From: Hormiphora californensis
Taxonomy: Eukaryota; Animalia; Ctenophora
Direction: 5' to 3'
Length of the DNA stretch: 64,000 nucleotides
Assembly: GCA_020137815.1 (NCBI GenBank)
Contig: CM035352.1
Location: 3,472,001-3,536,000, forward strand
Below are positions 13,748 through 60,090 of this stretch, one piece after another (positions within the stretch are counted from its first letter, which is position 1; each line of letters begins with the position of its first letter). The position numbers were made by a program, and so were the translations under genes. The notes below the pieces were generated by a model. The model made no database searches. It was given only the letters and a program-made list of their open reading frames with translations, and was not told the origin of the DNA.

Positions 13748-14195
13748 GACAAATTTGGGGCGCCGCGCAGCTGCACCAAATTTAAAAAACGTATACGCGC
13801 GCCGCGCAGATTTTAACTGCATCGCATTTATGATTTATTTGCGCTCGCACAATTCGTTTGACAGTTTTTCATGGTATGTCGGTGCAAGATGATCCAATAC
13901 CGCCCTAGAAACAGTAATAAAACATATTTAATTTAACGGTGGTGAAATTAGAAATAATAACAGTAACAATTAAAGTTAAACAGGAATTCTGATTCAATCT
14001 AATTTTTCTCTAACTCTAGCACTGGTCAAGCTTAAAATGTTAATTGATTTTTTATTGTATCACTGATCGTAATACTGTAAATATCTTTCTAGTTTCTACC
14101 TCTTACATAACAGTTTATATCTTCTGTAATAGTTAAATCAATGATCAATATGAATAAACTTGTAGTAAAGTCTCTCCCATAGTATAGGATCTCTC

Positions 14196-14264
14196 TTGGT
14201 AATGAAATTACCCCTCTGTTATTATTGCTCATGTATGCAATAAAAGGGGTGACTTCGTAACCAA
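14196..14264. mobile_element. 69-bp micro-MITE, TTGG...CCAA ends, 9-bp TSD GGATCTCTC; second copy at 29025-29090 with TSD GCTTAATAA
   Basis: Both copies have exact 9-bp flanking direct repeats and ~20-bp imperfect TIRs. Confidence 0.85.
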
Positions 14265-14384
14265 GGATCTCTCCCTCTCTCGGAAAGGTGAGACTGATAC
14301 TCTGACTGACAGAACTCTGAGTCAAACTCTCAACCCTGTTTATTCTGATAGTGATAACACATAATGATAAACCCGAAACTATAT

Positions 14385-14541
14385 GTAAAGTCGGATTTTT
14401 TGAAACTGTCACCCCAAAATGACCGCGCATGTGAAATTTATCAATTTTGACGCGCACACCACACGTTAACATGTGATGTGACGCGCAAAAACATTCCGCG
14501 CACGAAAAGGGGGGTGACAGTTTCAAAAAATCCGACTTTAC
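14385..14541. mobile_element. MITE-like inverted repeat (gtaaagtcggattttttgaaactgtcacccc); related end at ~49257-49288
   Basis: ~31-bp TIR pair; TSD not resolved. Confidence 0.65.
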
Positions 14542-14618
14542 CACTACAATATCCCTATCAGTTGATCAGTATCAACCTGAAATTGCTACTACTTTTATAT
14601 CAGTCCCCTCTCAATAAA

Positions 14619-47801
<33,183 letters not shown>

Positions 47802-48192
47802 TGTTCTGGATGGACGGGGAGAGACAACAGAGCAAACAACAGGGTGAATCAAAATAACTTCCTCTGACACTCACACGGGCTCTCTCTATCTCTCTCTTTT
47901 CTCCCTATACATATCTCTCTATCCCTCTCTCTTTCTCTCTATCCATAGCTAACTCTTAGACTGATTGTTATGATAGGACATAACACATACTAGCACACAC
48001 ACACACACACACACACGTACAAAGATACACACATGCCAACACAAACACACGTCAGTAGAGGAAGGAATGTACAATCGTGTGAAATGTGCGGATGCTCTCT
48101 GTGAGAAAATACAGCAGAAAAAAAGCAACTCAAACTAAAATTCTAAACATCTCAAAAACATGTTTCATTGTCTTATCATCTCAAAAATTGTT

Positions 48193-49110
48193 TCATTCCA
48201 TCGTTGTGACGGGAACAGAATTAAGCTCATCTTCCCAGCCTAATTCTCGACAAATATCCGTCACTACCTCATCACAATACCCCTGCAGGTAGGCATCCTC
48301 CTGCCTACTGAAACTGACATCCGCAGACAGTGAGAGGAGAAATCCGGCTACCCCACCAACTTTTCCTGGTGGAGTTAGATTGATGTAGACCCGGGGCACA
48401 CCGCTCTTTGTCTCACCCACTAGAGTGTTAAAGGGGCTGACAGCCAGGGAGGTACCGAGAATGATTAGCAGATCACATGCCCGAAAATCATCACTAATAC
48501 TGTTGTGGAATCTCTGTGGAAGCTGTTCCCCAAACAGCACTACATCTGGCCTGACGACACCACCACAAGCATCACATTTTGGTACACCATCGTTTTTATC
48601 AGGGTTGAAAATCTCCTCCTTTAGCCACTCCAGTGGGTATTCTTTGCGACACTTTGTGCAATAACTTCTCTGGAAACTGCCGTGGGCCTCAATTACTTCC
48701 TCTTCAGACAAGCCCGCCAGGAACTCAAGAGCGTCAATGTTCTGTGTGTAGACACGTCTTAGAATACCCTTGTTTTTTAGTAGTGTAAAGAACTGGTGCG
48801 TTGTTGTGGGTGTCAGTTTTTGAGGATACATCTCACGAACTAGACCGTAGAATGGTCGTGGATCCTTCTTGAAATAACTGCCTTCGAAGACGGCCTCGGG
48901 GTAGGGCAGGTTGTATTTTCTTAGTTTGAAATAAAGGCCTGCGGATGGAGATCGAAAGTCAGGGATTCCTGCTGCGGTAGAAATGCCTGCACCACACATT
49001 ATCACGACATTTTTATAGCGTCCTTCCTTTATGCCTTTCACAAGGGACTCTTTTGAGAACTTTCCACCGGAATTTGTGCCACCGGTTTGTCTTGACTGAA
49101 ATCCACCCAT
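48193..49110 (-). CDS. Class I NAD-dependent deacylase (SIRT2/SIRT3-like sirtuin), single coding exon, 305 aa
   Basis: Motifs GAGISTAAGIPDFRSP, YTQNID, catalytic HG, Zn ribbon CTKC...CDAC, RPDVVLFGE and GTSLAVSPF. Confidence 0.96.
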   Translation of the reverse strand: MGGFQSRQTGGTNSGGKFSKESLVKGIKEGRYKNVVIMCGAGISTAAGIPDFRSPSAGLYFKLRKYNLPYPEAVFEGSYFKKDPRPFYGLVREMYPQKLTPTTTHQFFTLLKNKGILRRVYTQNIDALEFLAGLSEEEVIEAHGSFQRSYCTKCRKEYPLEWLKEEIFNPDKNDGVPKCDACGGVVRPDVVLFGEQLPQRFHNSISDDFRACDLLIILGTSLAVSPFNTLVGETKSGVPRVYINLTPPGKVGGVAGFLLSLSADVSFSRQEDAYLQGYCDEVVTDICRELGWEDELNSVPVTTME

Positions 49111-52100
49111 TCAAAACAGCTAAAAGTATTTGAATTTGTGATATGACCTCACATCAAAGTTAACTCTTTGGACGGGTGCCTTCGCGTGCACGGATTTGTT
49201 TTGGTCACCTATCATGTGGTGTCAACAAATCATACATATCACACGTACACGAACTTGGGGTGATAACTTCAAAAAGTCCGACTTTATACATAATGGCTCA
49301 AAAGAACAGTCGAATTATATCGCATTTGTAAAATTCAGAAACCTTAAAATCTGAATTCTGCGGTTACTTCCAGCTTCGCAATTTATGTTTGATAACAAGA
49401 ATTATTGCATTATGTATTCATAATGCGGTGTTTCCCTGCCACAAATGGATTTAAAATTGATGAATAAGCTTCAAAACTGGATTTCCTGATGAATTTTGTG
49501 CTCAAAGAGCATTTTTTGGCTGATGCGATGTTGGTTACTAAGGTAACTAGATAAGTTGCTATGGTAACCAAATCAGTTGCTATGGTAACCAGGACAGTTG
49601 CGATGGCAACCAAGGCAGTTACTTAGGAGACCCCAGTGGGTTACCAAGTGCCTCAACTTTAATCGCATCTCAACTCGAGTCACTAGTGTGACAGTAGTTT
49701 CATGCTTGGAAGACATTCTACCACTTCATAGCATGGCTGTAGGGGACGCAAAGTGATTTCAGGTGATAATGGGAAGTGCTATCAGCGAGTAATTGCGCGC
49801 CACAATGTGTGTTAATCATTTCCTTTGTTGAATCAACGAAGCGTGAGATGAAAGTTTTATGAAGGAGCAGACTTGTTGTTAGGCGTTGTCCGTGACGGAC
49901 GGACGGACACTTTTAGTTAACTACACAATCTGCTGATTTCTAAACCCTGAATGATCTTTTTAGCACGTGCGACGCACGTCGTGCGTGCTAAAAAGATCAT
50001 CCCGGGTGATTGCCTTCGGCAATCACCCGGGCAGGGAAAAAATTGGTCAAAGCGTCTTTGACCAAAGTTCCCAATACTGTTACAAATCTAATCACACATT
50101 CGTGAGTGTATCGTCAAAGGGTCATTCATCTGCATCATATGCCAAACACCAGGACAAACGGCACTGGCATCTTGAAAGTTGCAAAGGCAGGGCCGGGGTG
50201 GGAGCTCAAGTGTGTCAAGGGTTTGGGGCGGTGCCCCGCCCCTGCCAGGGGACGTGGGGTGGAAGCCCCTAAAGCGGGGAGCCCTAGCGGGATGCAGGGG
50301 CTGTAGGCTATGTAAATGTAAATTATGCACATAATATCCCACTCAATAGTGAATATATACCCAGAAAAATGGTGCCAACGCACTCTCTAAAGTATCACTT
50401 TCTCAAGTGGCTGTAGGGTTTGAGGGGATCAAAAGCCCTTTAGACCACTTCAGCATCTTCTGAGCGGTTTTTAGCATACACTGCAGTCTATTGGCCCCTC
50501 TACGCACGCATGAGGGCCGATGGGCACAGGTGCATTCCAAGCCCAAACTCTCAAGAGCGTGTTTGGTTTTTGTTTGTTTGAATTTAATTTTAGTGGAAGC
50601 TCTTACGGTAATTCCCACGCACCGTGGGAACATTTCCCACGCCGCGCCCTCTTTTCCCACGCTTTGCTTTCGACGCGCAAAAAATTATCGCGCGTGACGT
50701 CTACTAAAATGTTGAGGATGCAGTTGTTAACAACATTGGGCCAATTTGGGTAGTGCCGCGAGCATCGGAGCACTGCAGCAGCAGCACGTCACTGAGAATT
50801 TCGTTACAATCACACTGCACACACATGCCACATTGCATCAATGGATTGCATCATTGACGTTGGAACATCAATGAGGAACAGTTCGGTGGAAGGGAAACCA
50901 GTCCAAGAGTGCTGTCATGGCTGTAACCAGCCCCAGCGTCGTCTAATTACAACGATAAAGTATGAAAGTTTCACCCTCCGCCGAAACATTCCTAATTGAT
51001 ATATTGGGTACAAAATAAATATTCTTTGATTAGATGGATTTATAACAAATTGAACGCAAAGTTCTAAGAAGACAGATCACAAACAATTGTTAACTTTCTG
51101 GACACTACTTATCGATCACAATACATGTATGTAATATTCTCAAAGAGTTTTGTTCAAACCCTAGAACATGGTAAAAAGAGTTCGTGATATCCTAATCTAA
51201 CGATAATTATAGTCCTATAAATCTCAATTTACAGCAGCATCTTGTAGGGAATGCGGACAGTGACAGCTCCGTGTCTAACTTTAGTAGACGTGTCCGATGT
51301 CCGTACCGTAGTTAGTCGAATTCCGTTATATTATTATGGGAAACGGGTCTAACGGCTGATTCAAGGCATCGATTTTAGATACACATATCTTGTAGATGGG
51401 ATGATATTAATCGTCTAGAGAGGGTGTTGTAACCAGTACTCGGCATAATCCTGGGAGGGGGAGGGAAGGTTAGTTAAAAGAGCGTCCAGTACCATGCTCC
51501 TTTTATAATTTGGTTTATCGACTATTCAAAAAGACAACCGTCTAGCTGAGAAAGAGACACAAATCATCTCTTCTGAGAAGGGATGATTTCAGTCTTCTCC
51601 GCTTCCTTCCTTATCTTAATGTGTCACATGGGGTGGGCCTCTATCAGAAATGACAAGAATCGATAATTTTGTACCTCTCATCTGGCCGGGATCCGAAGTG
51701 GCGGGGCAACTAAAATGTGGTTTGAATGGGAGCCTCTCTCATTATCTCTAGTGCTCGGTCGTGGGTACAGTTAGTCAGGACCTGCAAGGAGAGCTGTTAT
51801 TACATATCTAGGTATGTATGATTGTGTAAAAATTCCCTCTTATTCCCTCTCCTGAATTCCCCTCGACAATGTTCTTATGTTACATTTGTTCGCGGCGTGG
51901 TGAAGCAGGGTGGAACAAGACAATCAGGTTCAGTACTCACCAGCTACACTGAGCAGTGTATCCTTAGGTATAATCTCAGTCGCCACTGCAGGACTACTCA
52001 ACACCCTGATACAGCCCTGGAGTGTGTCGCTACCTCCCTGAATCAGAATGCAGAATGGTGATGCCAAGAGCCTGCCGAACTATTGTCACCGTCACTATTT

Positions 52101-52174
52101 GTTCGTAGTGTAGAGTTTTACTGATCGTCAAACCTAGAGGATGAACAGGGTTTAGAGAGATCTGCACTCGGTAT

Positions 52175-52464
52175 GGGGAAACTCTAACTGAATGGCATCC
52201 CATTAATGGGATCCCATCAACAGTAAAACTCTAACTGATAATGGACCACAGTGATGGTTCTTTCTCTGTATTCTCTCTGTGTGCGCGCCCGCGCCCGGGC
52301 ATGCCCTATAGTTCTTTCTCTGTATTCTCTCTGTAGGCAGTACATAGATGTACTGCCTACAGAGAGAATACAGAGAAAGAACCATCACTGTGGTCCATTA
52401 TCAGTTAGAGTTTTACTGTTGATGGGATCCCATTAATGGGATGCCATTCAGTTAGAGTTTCCCC
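52175..52464. mobile_element. 290-bp palindromic MITE with GGGG..CCCC ends and 3-bp TSD TAT (Harbinger-like)
   Basis: tat|GGGGAAACTCTAACTG...CAGTTAGAGTTTCCCC|tat. Confidence 0.85.
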
Positions 52465-52569
52465 TATCAGGGGAGTGTGAGCAGGTTGTTATGTTCTGAG
52501 TTCTGACCCTCCTAAAAATTTGTAAACACACACAACAAGAATCCCATTCAAAAGAAAGACTATGAAATG

Positions 52570-52828
52570 CTCTCCATCTCTCCATCTCTCCATCTCTCCA
52601 TCTCTCCATCTCTCCATCTCTCCATCTCTCCATCTCTCCATCTCTCCATCTCTCCATCTCTCCATCTCTCCATCTCTCCATCTCTCCATCTCTCCATCTC
52701 TCCATCTCTCCATCTCTCCATCTCTCCATCTCTCCATCTCTCCATCTCTCCATCTCTCCATCTCTCCATCTCTCCATCTCTCCATCTCTCCATCTCTCCA
52801 TCTCTCCATCTCTCCATCTCTCCATCTC
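52570..52828. repeat. (CTCTCCAT)n 8-bp perfect tandem array, ~32 units
   Basis: Directly visible; source of the MERWRDGE pseudo-ORFs. Confidence 0.97.
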
Positions 52829-53647
52829 TAACAATTCTCCCTCCCTACTCACGGCGGAGTAACTTTTCAGCTACTATAGTGTAACTTAGCCTACAGTGCA
52901 ACAAGGTCGAACAAGGCAAGGCAGGGGGTGTGATTTGATCGAAAATGGAACTGGTAAGAGATTATAGCAAGTAGCAACGTGTGATCTGAAACTTACTCAT
53001 GAGTGGTAAGTGCACTGCTATCTCCATCCCCGATATTAAAGAGCATCTCCAGCTCTGCATCGGATGGGGGCACTGGACAAGATTGGCATTCATTACAGTT
53101 AGTCGGACCCTATTCTTGCATTGTCGTAGTAGGCTGCCTGTTCGAATGATATGCCACTAACGGGGACATCGTTTATTGCAGGGACAACGTCACCCGACCG
53201 GAGACGGCCATCTTGGTATATTAGACCTGGGGGAAGAGGTGAGGTCAGTCAAGACTAGATCTGGTGAAGAGAGGATCAGGACCTGGTGATGGATATGTAA
53301 TCAATAAACCTGGGTTTATATGTAGCGGGTCACCCGCTAGGGTGATTCGCTGCACCATATACTGCCCGACCTGCGAAGCAGGGAGGGTGGTAAATGGTAT
53401 AAAACCCTACCAAAGGGAGGGGTTTATACTTTATACACCCAGGCCAAAAAGACGGAAGAAGAAAAAATGGAAAAACCAAAAAGAATGGTGCTCCAACCAC
53501 AATTTACAATTACTACAGAGTACAGAAGGGCAATTCTTTATCTTGTGTTACCTGTTTGGAGGTGAGCATCAGCAGCTGCAGCCTGCAGCCCCATCTGAAT
53601 GTCTTTCTTTTTATATTATGTGGGGAAACGACGAATCAAAGGAGCTT

Positions 53648-54622
53648 TACGGTGGCAGATTCCGGCCAAGAGTTTTTTCAATCAAGTGAAATATTTTTGT
53701 TTGAAGTTTTATAAAAATTTTATTTCAAAATAAAAATAAACATGTCGATAAAATTATTGGCCGGAATCTGCCACGCGAGTGGCAGATTCCGGCCAAGATT
53801 CTCAAAAAACCTTGGCCAGAATCTGCCACACACGTGGCAGATTCTGGCCAACCAACTAAAACTTGTTTATATCAAAGCGAAAACCACTGTATCCGACTAA
53901 TTTTGATACGCTGAATCACGTAAGATACTTTTCCAATCCCTCAGAGGTCGGGAAAGTGTAATAACTGACCATAATTGGGTCTAATTGACCCCACTTACAA
54001 CTTCTCACCTTAAAACGATAGACGCTTATGTAAAGGCACTTTTCCGACTAATTTTGATACGCTGAATCACGTAAACAACTTTTCCAAGTCCTCAGAGATC
54101 GGCAAAGTGCCCTAATTGAGCAATTAAGGCTAATTAGACCCAATTATACCCAATTAAGGCATTTTCCCGACCTCGGAGGACTTGGAAAAGTTGCTTACGT
54201 GATTCAGCGTATCAAAATTAGTCGGAAAAGTGCCTTCACATAAGCGTCTATCTTTTTAAGGTGAAAAGTTGTAAGTGGGGTCAATTAGACCCAATTATGG
54301 TCAGTTATGACACTTTCCCGACCTCTGAGGGATTGGAAAAGTATCTTACGTGATTCAGCGTATCAAAATTAGTCGGATACAGTGATTTTCGCTTTGATAT
54401 AAACAAGTTTTAGTTGGTTGGCCAGAATCTGCCACGTGTGTGGCAGATTCTGGCCAAGGTTTTTTGAGAATCTTGGCCGGAATCTGCCACTCGCGTGGCA
54501 GATTCCGGCCAATAATTTTAACGACATGTTTATTTTTATTTTGAAATAAAATTTTCATAAAACTTCAAACAAAAATATTTCACTTGATTGAAAAAAACTC
54601 TTGGCCGGAATCTGCCACCGTA
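53648..54622. mobile_element. 975-bp palindromic MITE with TAC..GTA ends and 6-bp TSD GAGCTT (IS3EU-like)
   Basis: gagctt|TACGGTGGCAGATTCC...GGAATCTGCCACCGTA|gagctt, with ~450-bp arms. Confidence 0.85.
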
Positions 54623-57264
54623 GAGCTTTGTCTAAAGAGTAAAAACTAAAAACTGAATCGAAGAAACGAAAAATTTGAGAAATCCACGCGCAGCCCAGCT
54701 GTTTTGTCAGCACTGTATATGCTTTCGGCGTGGGAAAAATGCGCGCAGCGTGAGAATTTCCCACGCTCGTGGGAATTACCGTAAGAGCTTCCACTATTTG
54801 GGAAATCTGCTTTTTTAATCAAGATTAGAAAAGCGTCGCGGTTTATGTTCCGCGCGAAAATATGGTGAAAGCGTTGCCAAGCATCTACTCTCTAAGCCGC
54901 GCATTAACAATTTTGTCGCGATCGTGTTCATAAAATTTTTTGTCCCACCAGAAAAATTTTCGTAGGGTAAAAAATCCAAAATGACCCCTTTCTCCCTTTT
55001 CTCTCAAAAGAAAGTATGCCCTGGACACACAGCACACTGGACATCTTCGCCAATAACCACTGTACAAAGGTTGCACCAAGTGGAGTAGGGCAAAAATGCT
55101 TGCAGCCCCTCGACACAACGCCGGGAGAGCGCGGGGGTTTCATAATTCATCCATCCACACCCCCGGTTTAAGAAGGCCCATCGCCATCCCTGATCCATGA
55201 TCGGTGTGGATTGCCATGGACCACACCAGGGTCGGTGTTGACTGTCGCGTCCGCCCATGTGGGTCCCACCGGGGGGAGTGTAGGTGGCAGAGTCCCTGCG
55301 AGCAGGGGCCAGGGGCTGCAAGCCCCGGTGGGGTCGAGGGTGTCATCACACCAGGACTTCAGAGCAGGGGCCAAGATGATTCGTGGAAGGGACGAAATAT
55401 TGGGCTGAAAGAAATCATTCTACATAAAAATTTGATCCTAGATTTTATTTTGATATTGATAGACGTAGACGTAGACGATTTTTTGCACTTTTATTGTTGA
55501 ATAAATGGGTAAAACTAGAAACAGAAACAAAAAATAATTACACTAACAAGTACTTTAACAGTTGCATCCCGATTTTCATTTTTCTCGGCATATTTCCACC
55601 CGAGCATCCTCGTAAATCGGGGTCAGATTTAAATACAAAATTTTAAATACAACATATAATTCGACTGCTAACAGTCTCTAAAACCTAAAACATTTTTGAT
55701 TCCGGGCACAGGACGTCGTTACTCGTTTCACGTCTTAATAATCAATCTGTTTCCGGAACTCTATGTAGCACTTCAGTGATCGACAACATCGATGGTCAAC
55801 ACGTCCTTTAATCGTTCCATTTATAACTTTATTGCACTTGATGTTCTCCCTAATACACTCTGAAAATTATATGTTAGTTACATATACATAGTCATAGTGT
55901 GTTTTTACGAATTTTATGTTCGCTAAAAACTGTTTAATTTTGTGTGTCCACCCTAGTAAGGTCTAGTAGTAGTGGGGTCTGTTAGTTGCAAAACTCTTCT
56001 GTTCTTGTAACATTTTATGAAACGCGATGTAACAGATCTGTTAACAGTTCTGCAAGTTCTTGCAAGTGAAAACACAGTTGCTAACAGAGCTGGGCGTCAT
56101 AAAAGGTTGTAGAGCTCACTGAGAACATCTAGCTGTTTTTGAAACGGATATCATATGTTTACTAGGGCAGTAGTTCTTTCACTTACTTCCTATTTTTAAG
56201 GTGGCATCATGGTTAAGTAGGTCATCATAGTTAAATATTGAACACCTCAGCATCTCACCAGTATATCCATGATAATTTTTTAACGTATGAAATTTCCGGA
56301 AGACGGTCTGCAGGCACTCCGAGTTAAGCCTGAAGGATGGAGTTACAATTAATTATTTAGTATAAGTATGTATAACCTATAATGAGTAAGAACTATGCAT
56401 ATGAAACTAACAATGAAATTGTCCAACTCTTACATTAGTGATCATATACTATAAAATTTGGAGAATCTTAGTGATAACTAGGGTTGGGGTTAGGGTTAGT
56501 TTTCTGATCCCTTGTCAGCGTGTTACTTACAGATGATGTTGGAAGATTACTCCCTCTTGAGTATAGCACTGCGACGTTTGAGCCGACACGGGGATAATAA
56601 CCACTATCAGGAGGGGAAACAAAATCCAAACCATCATTATTATAACTGACAAAATAATGGAGATCTTGGGATATTAAGAACGAAAATACGTCCGCTTTTG
56701 GGGCGGTGGCAAGAAGGATTTTTTTTTCAAATGATAAGAATGGGCTAAACCGTGATTTGAGTTGCACAACTGGGCAGATATGGAACGTCGCGTGGGTACT
56801 GGATAGGAATGCACGTGTTAGGTAGTGGTAACAACGAATCCAACGATTGTATCATATTATGATATAAACCTGGTGAATCAGGTCTACTTGAGAGTGACGT
56901 CTTGTAAATTGTAATTCCGGTTTAAAAATAATGACTCTGGATCATTTGTCATACAATAATAGCTATTTCTGTCTGAGATCAGCTTACCTCTCGAGGGTGC
57001 AGTCTGTAAACAGTCTGTGTTAATATCATCTTTCAAATGACGTGTTAGTAGCAATTTGTACACAAATTCTAGGGACCTACGTTTATTAAATTAGGCAAAA
57101 GGTAGTCGCACCTAGAAACACCTAATAGCCCTGTGTTCGGTGTTACCCCTAGTAACACCTAGAAACACCTAATAGCCATGTGTTCGGTGTTACCCCTAGT
57201 AACCCCTAGCAACACCCTTGGTAACCCATAGTATCGGCCCTAGAAACACTGATACCCACCTAGA

Positions 57265-57898
57265 ATGTCACGTCCAGAACACATCGGACCCCCGGAGTTG
57301 TTTTACAATGAAACAGAGGCTGCAAAATACACCAACAATACCCGGATCATTGATATTCAAATGTCAATGAGCTCCCGGGCCATTGAGCTGTTAAATCTCC
57401 CCGAGGATCAGCCCTCTTTTATCCTTGATGTCGGGTATGTATTTTGCTGTGCGGAGATTACCGATCTGCTTCATGTCTGGAGCTAGCTTAGATCTACAAC
57501 ATGTCTTAGTTTGGCCAACATGATACCCTTCAGATGTTAGGAACAAGATTTCTGAATTCTGATATATCTTCTCGTATCATCAGATCTCATTCACGTGATA
57601 CTCCTAGGTGTGGTTCAGGTCTGAGTGGTGAGGCTATCACGGAGGAGGGACACTACTGGATCGGCATGGACATCTCGCCCAGCATGCTTGATATTGCTGT
57701 GGAGCGGGAGGTAGAGGGAGATGTGGTTCTGGCTGATATCGGGGAGGGTGTTCCATTTCGGGCTGGATCCTTCGATGGTGTCGTCAGGTATAATTAGGGG
57801 AATTATGGGGGAGTATAACTGTTATGTAATGGAACCCCTGTGGTACATTACACGTGTACAGCTGTACACACGTGCTCTCTCACTCGTTCTTTCTCTCC

Positions 57899-57953
<55 letters not shown>

Positions 57954-58977
57954 TCTCCTCCCTTTCTCCCCTAAAAAGTTAACCCCCCTTTCTGCAGTAT
58001 ATCTGTACTCCAGTGGCTGTGCAACGCAGATAAGGCCTCTCACAATCCCTTCAAACGACTTCGTAGTTTCTTCACTATGCTATACTCATCGATGGTACGT
58101 GTTACACGTAACGTGTATAAAGCTTAGTAGAACACTGTTATCCCAGTTTTAAAAGATCTAGTTCATTTTAGTTCATATCCATTTTTGTTAGAGACAGGGA
58201 GGGAGAGCAGTTTTCCAGCTTTACCCAGAATCTCCAAAGCAGATGGAACTCATAACAGGTATAATACTCGGGGTAGAGATGACAGGGGGGTCTTCCTGAT
58301 TTTACCCCTCCTATCTTCTCCTTGAACTGCCATCCTCTCACAAGACCTTTTTTATTCCCAAATATGACCACTTTGCAGAGCAAGCGACCAGGTGCGGGTT
58401 TACTGGTGGAGTGGTAGTGGACTACCCAAACAGCACCAAAGCGAAGAAGATCTTTCTCTGTTTGTTCGCTGGGGTACCTGTAACGGGCGTGAAGATGCCC
58501 CAAGCGCTGGGGGCTGAGGGCGAGGATACTGTCCAGTTTAGTAACGAGAGGTGGGTCACTAGGTGTTACTAGGTGTTACTAGGGGTTACTAGATGTTACT
58601 AGGGGTTACTAGGTGTTACTAGGTGTTACTAGGTGTTACTAGGTGTTACTAGGTGTTACTATAGGGGTTACTAGGTGTTACTAGGTGTTACTAGGTGTTA
58701 CTAGGTGTTACTAGGTGTTACTAGGGGATACTAGGTGTTACTAGGGGTTACTAGGGGTTACTAGGTTGTTTCTCCTTTGAAATTTATATTTTAAAAATGT
58801 CGAAATATTCCTCCAATCAATTTATATTTTCCCAGGCAATCTGGTAAGAAGAGGAAGCGAGGGGAGGTTTCTAAAAAGGAATGGATCCACAACAAAAAAC
58901 AAAGAAGAAGAGTTCAGGGAAAGGAAGTTACCGCGGATTCAAAATACACCGGCAGAAAGAGGAAACCAAAGTTTTAA
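57265..58977 (+). CDS. BUD23: 18S rRNA m7G methyltransferase BUD23/WBSCR22, 6 coding exons
   Basis: Exons 57265-57434, 57608-57787, 57998-58094, 58192-58258, 58379-58550, 58836-58977. Peptide MSRPEH..PPELFYN...LDVGCGSGLSG...QWLCNAD...[18 protein letters not shown]...[12 protein letters not shown]. Confidence 0.96.
58556..58765. repeat. 10-bp minisatellite (ctaggKgtta)n in BUD23 intron 5; degenerate reverse-complement array at ~57108-57263
   Basis: Directly visible. Confidence 0.9.
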
Positions 58978-59169
58978 AGACTTTTATATACGAGACAAGT
59001 TTTCTGTTTTATTGCTCCTTTGTAATTTATTTATCACCTCCTACATCATCCTGCTTTTAATATTTGTGCTTCTGATTGTATTGATTTGCCTTACTCGACC
59101 ATATTCCCCCGGTCCCAGGAGGGTTAGAACATAACAAGCATTTATTAAATTGTAATCTCTCTTGATAGA

Positions 59170-60028
59170 ATGAGATATGTGAAAGGAGTTCTACTACTGT
59201 TTTTAGTAACTCAAGTAGCAGCAGAGCTAGAGTGTCCAGGTCTTTCAGGGGTAACAGGATACAATCTAAACCTTATAAATCGGTAAGGAGAGGTTCACTT
59301 CCCTTTACGTTGTTCGAAGCTGTACAGAAGATCAGATCCTCTGCTGCAACAGGGTCATCGCCTCGTGCTAACGCCCTGGTATATGAAGAGACTCTTTTTA
59401 TTTTCTGATGGTTTTTATAACATTTTATTATATTTCTAGGGAGTTTAAAACAGTTTACGAAGATACAGTTTTTAGATTAAATTTATGTGCCAACGTCTCG
59501 TCATGCGACGGTAAGTTTCATACTTCATACTTCATACTTCGTAGTTGATACTGCGTAGTATATTGTGTAGTTTACCACCCTTTGTCAAGGACTATTAAGG
59601 ACAACCCACCAGGTTCCATTCCAATCACCCTAACCCAGGGATGGGGTCCCCTAAACTCTAACTATTACAGGTTCAGTGGGTTGTTTCACAGTGATAGGAG
59701 GTGACACGACGTCCCTGGGAAATGTTACTAACGCCACAGCCAACTCAGATCACCTGCACGTGCAGTTATACCAACCTGCCAGCAATATCACCACCCACAT
59801 AACCCTGCTGTGTCAAGTCAATACTTTGGTATGTTGGCAAATTTGATATTGAGTATTTATACATTTAGTCCAAAAACCAATTAAATAAATTAGTTTGGAT
59901 GCCCGGGCCCATGTGGTGTCACGGGGGTAACACCTTTAGGCTATAACTGCCATAATTAACGGCATATCTCGTTAATTGTTAATTGTTATCCTTCAATCTG
60001 TCTATCTTTGTCTATCTCTCTCACTCTC

Positions 60029-60090
<62 letters not shown>

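Larger units (their letters stand above)
51600..53600 (-). pseudogene. Decayed intron-containing fragment of a multi-PDZ gene
   Basis: 53226-52997: GLIYQDGRLRSGDVVPAINDVPVSGISFEQAA, frameshift, LLRQCKNRVRLTV. ~52133-51941: VTVTIVRQALGITI...PAVATEIIPKDTLLSVAG. ~51781 downward: VLTNCTHDRALEIMREAP. Stops and frameshifts present. Confidence 0.75.
50591..54796. mobile_element. 4.2-kb non-autonomous TIR element with TAG..CTA ends and apparent 3-bp TSD TTT (Academ-like)
   Basis: 29-bp perfect TIR TAGTGGAAGCTCTTACGGTAATTCCCACG plus ~40 bp of imperfect extension. No 8-bp TSD. Confidence 0.8.

Noticed and set aside
55000-55375. GC-rich, hairpin-prone island as RNase MRP/P, SRP or a ribozyme
   Set aside because: Conserved boxes were not convincingly present. 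An Infernal/Rfam scan is needed.
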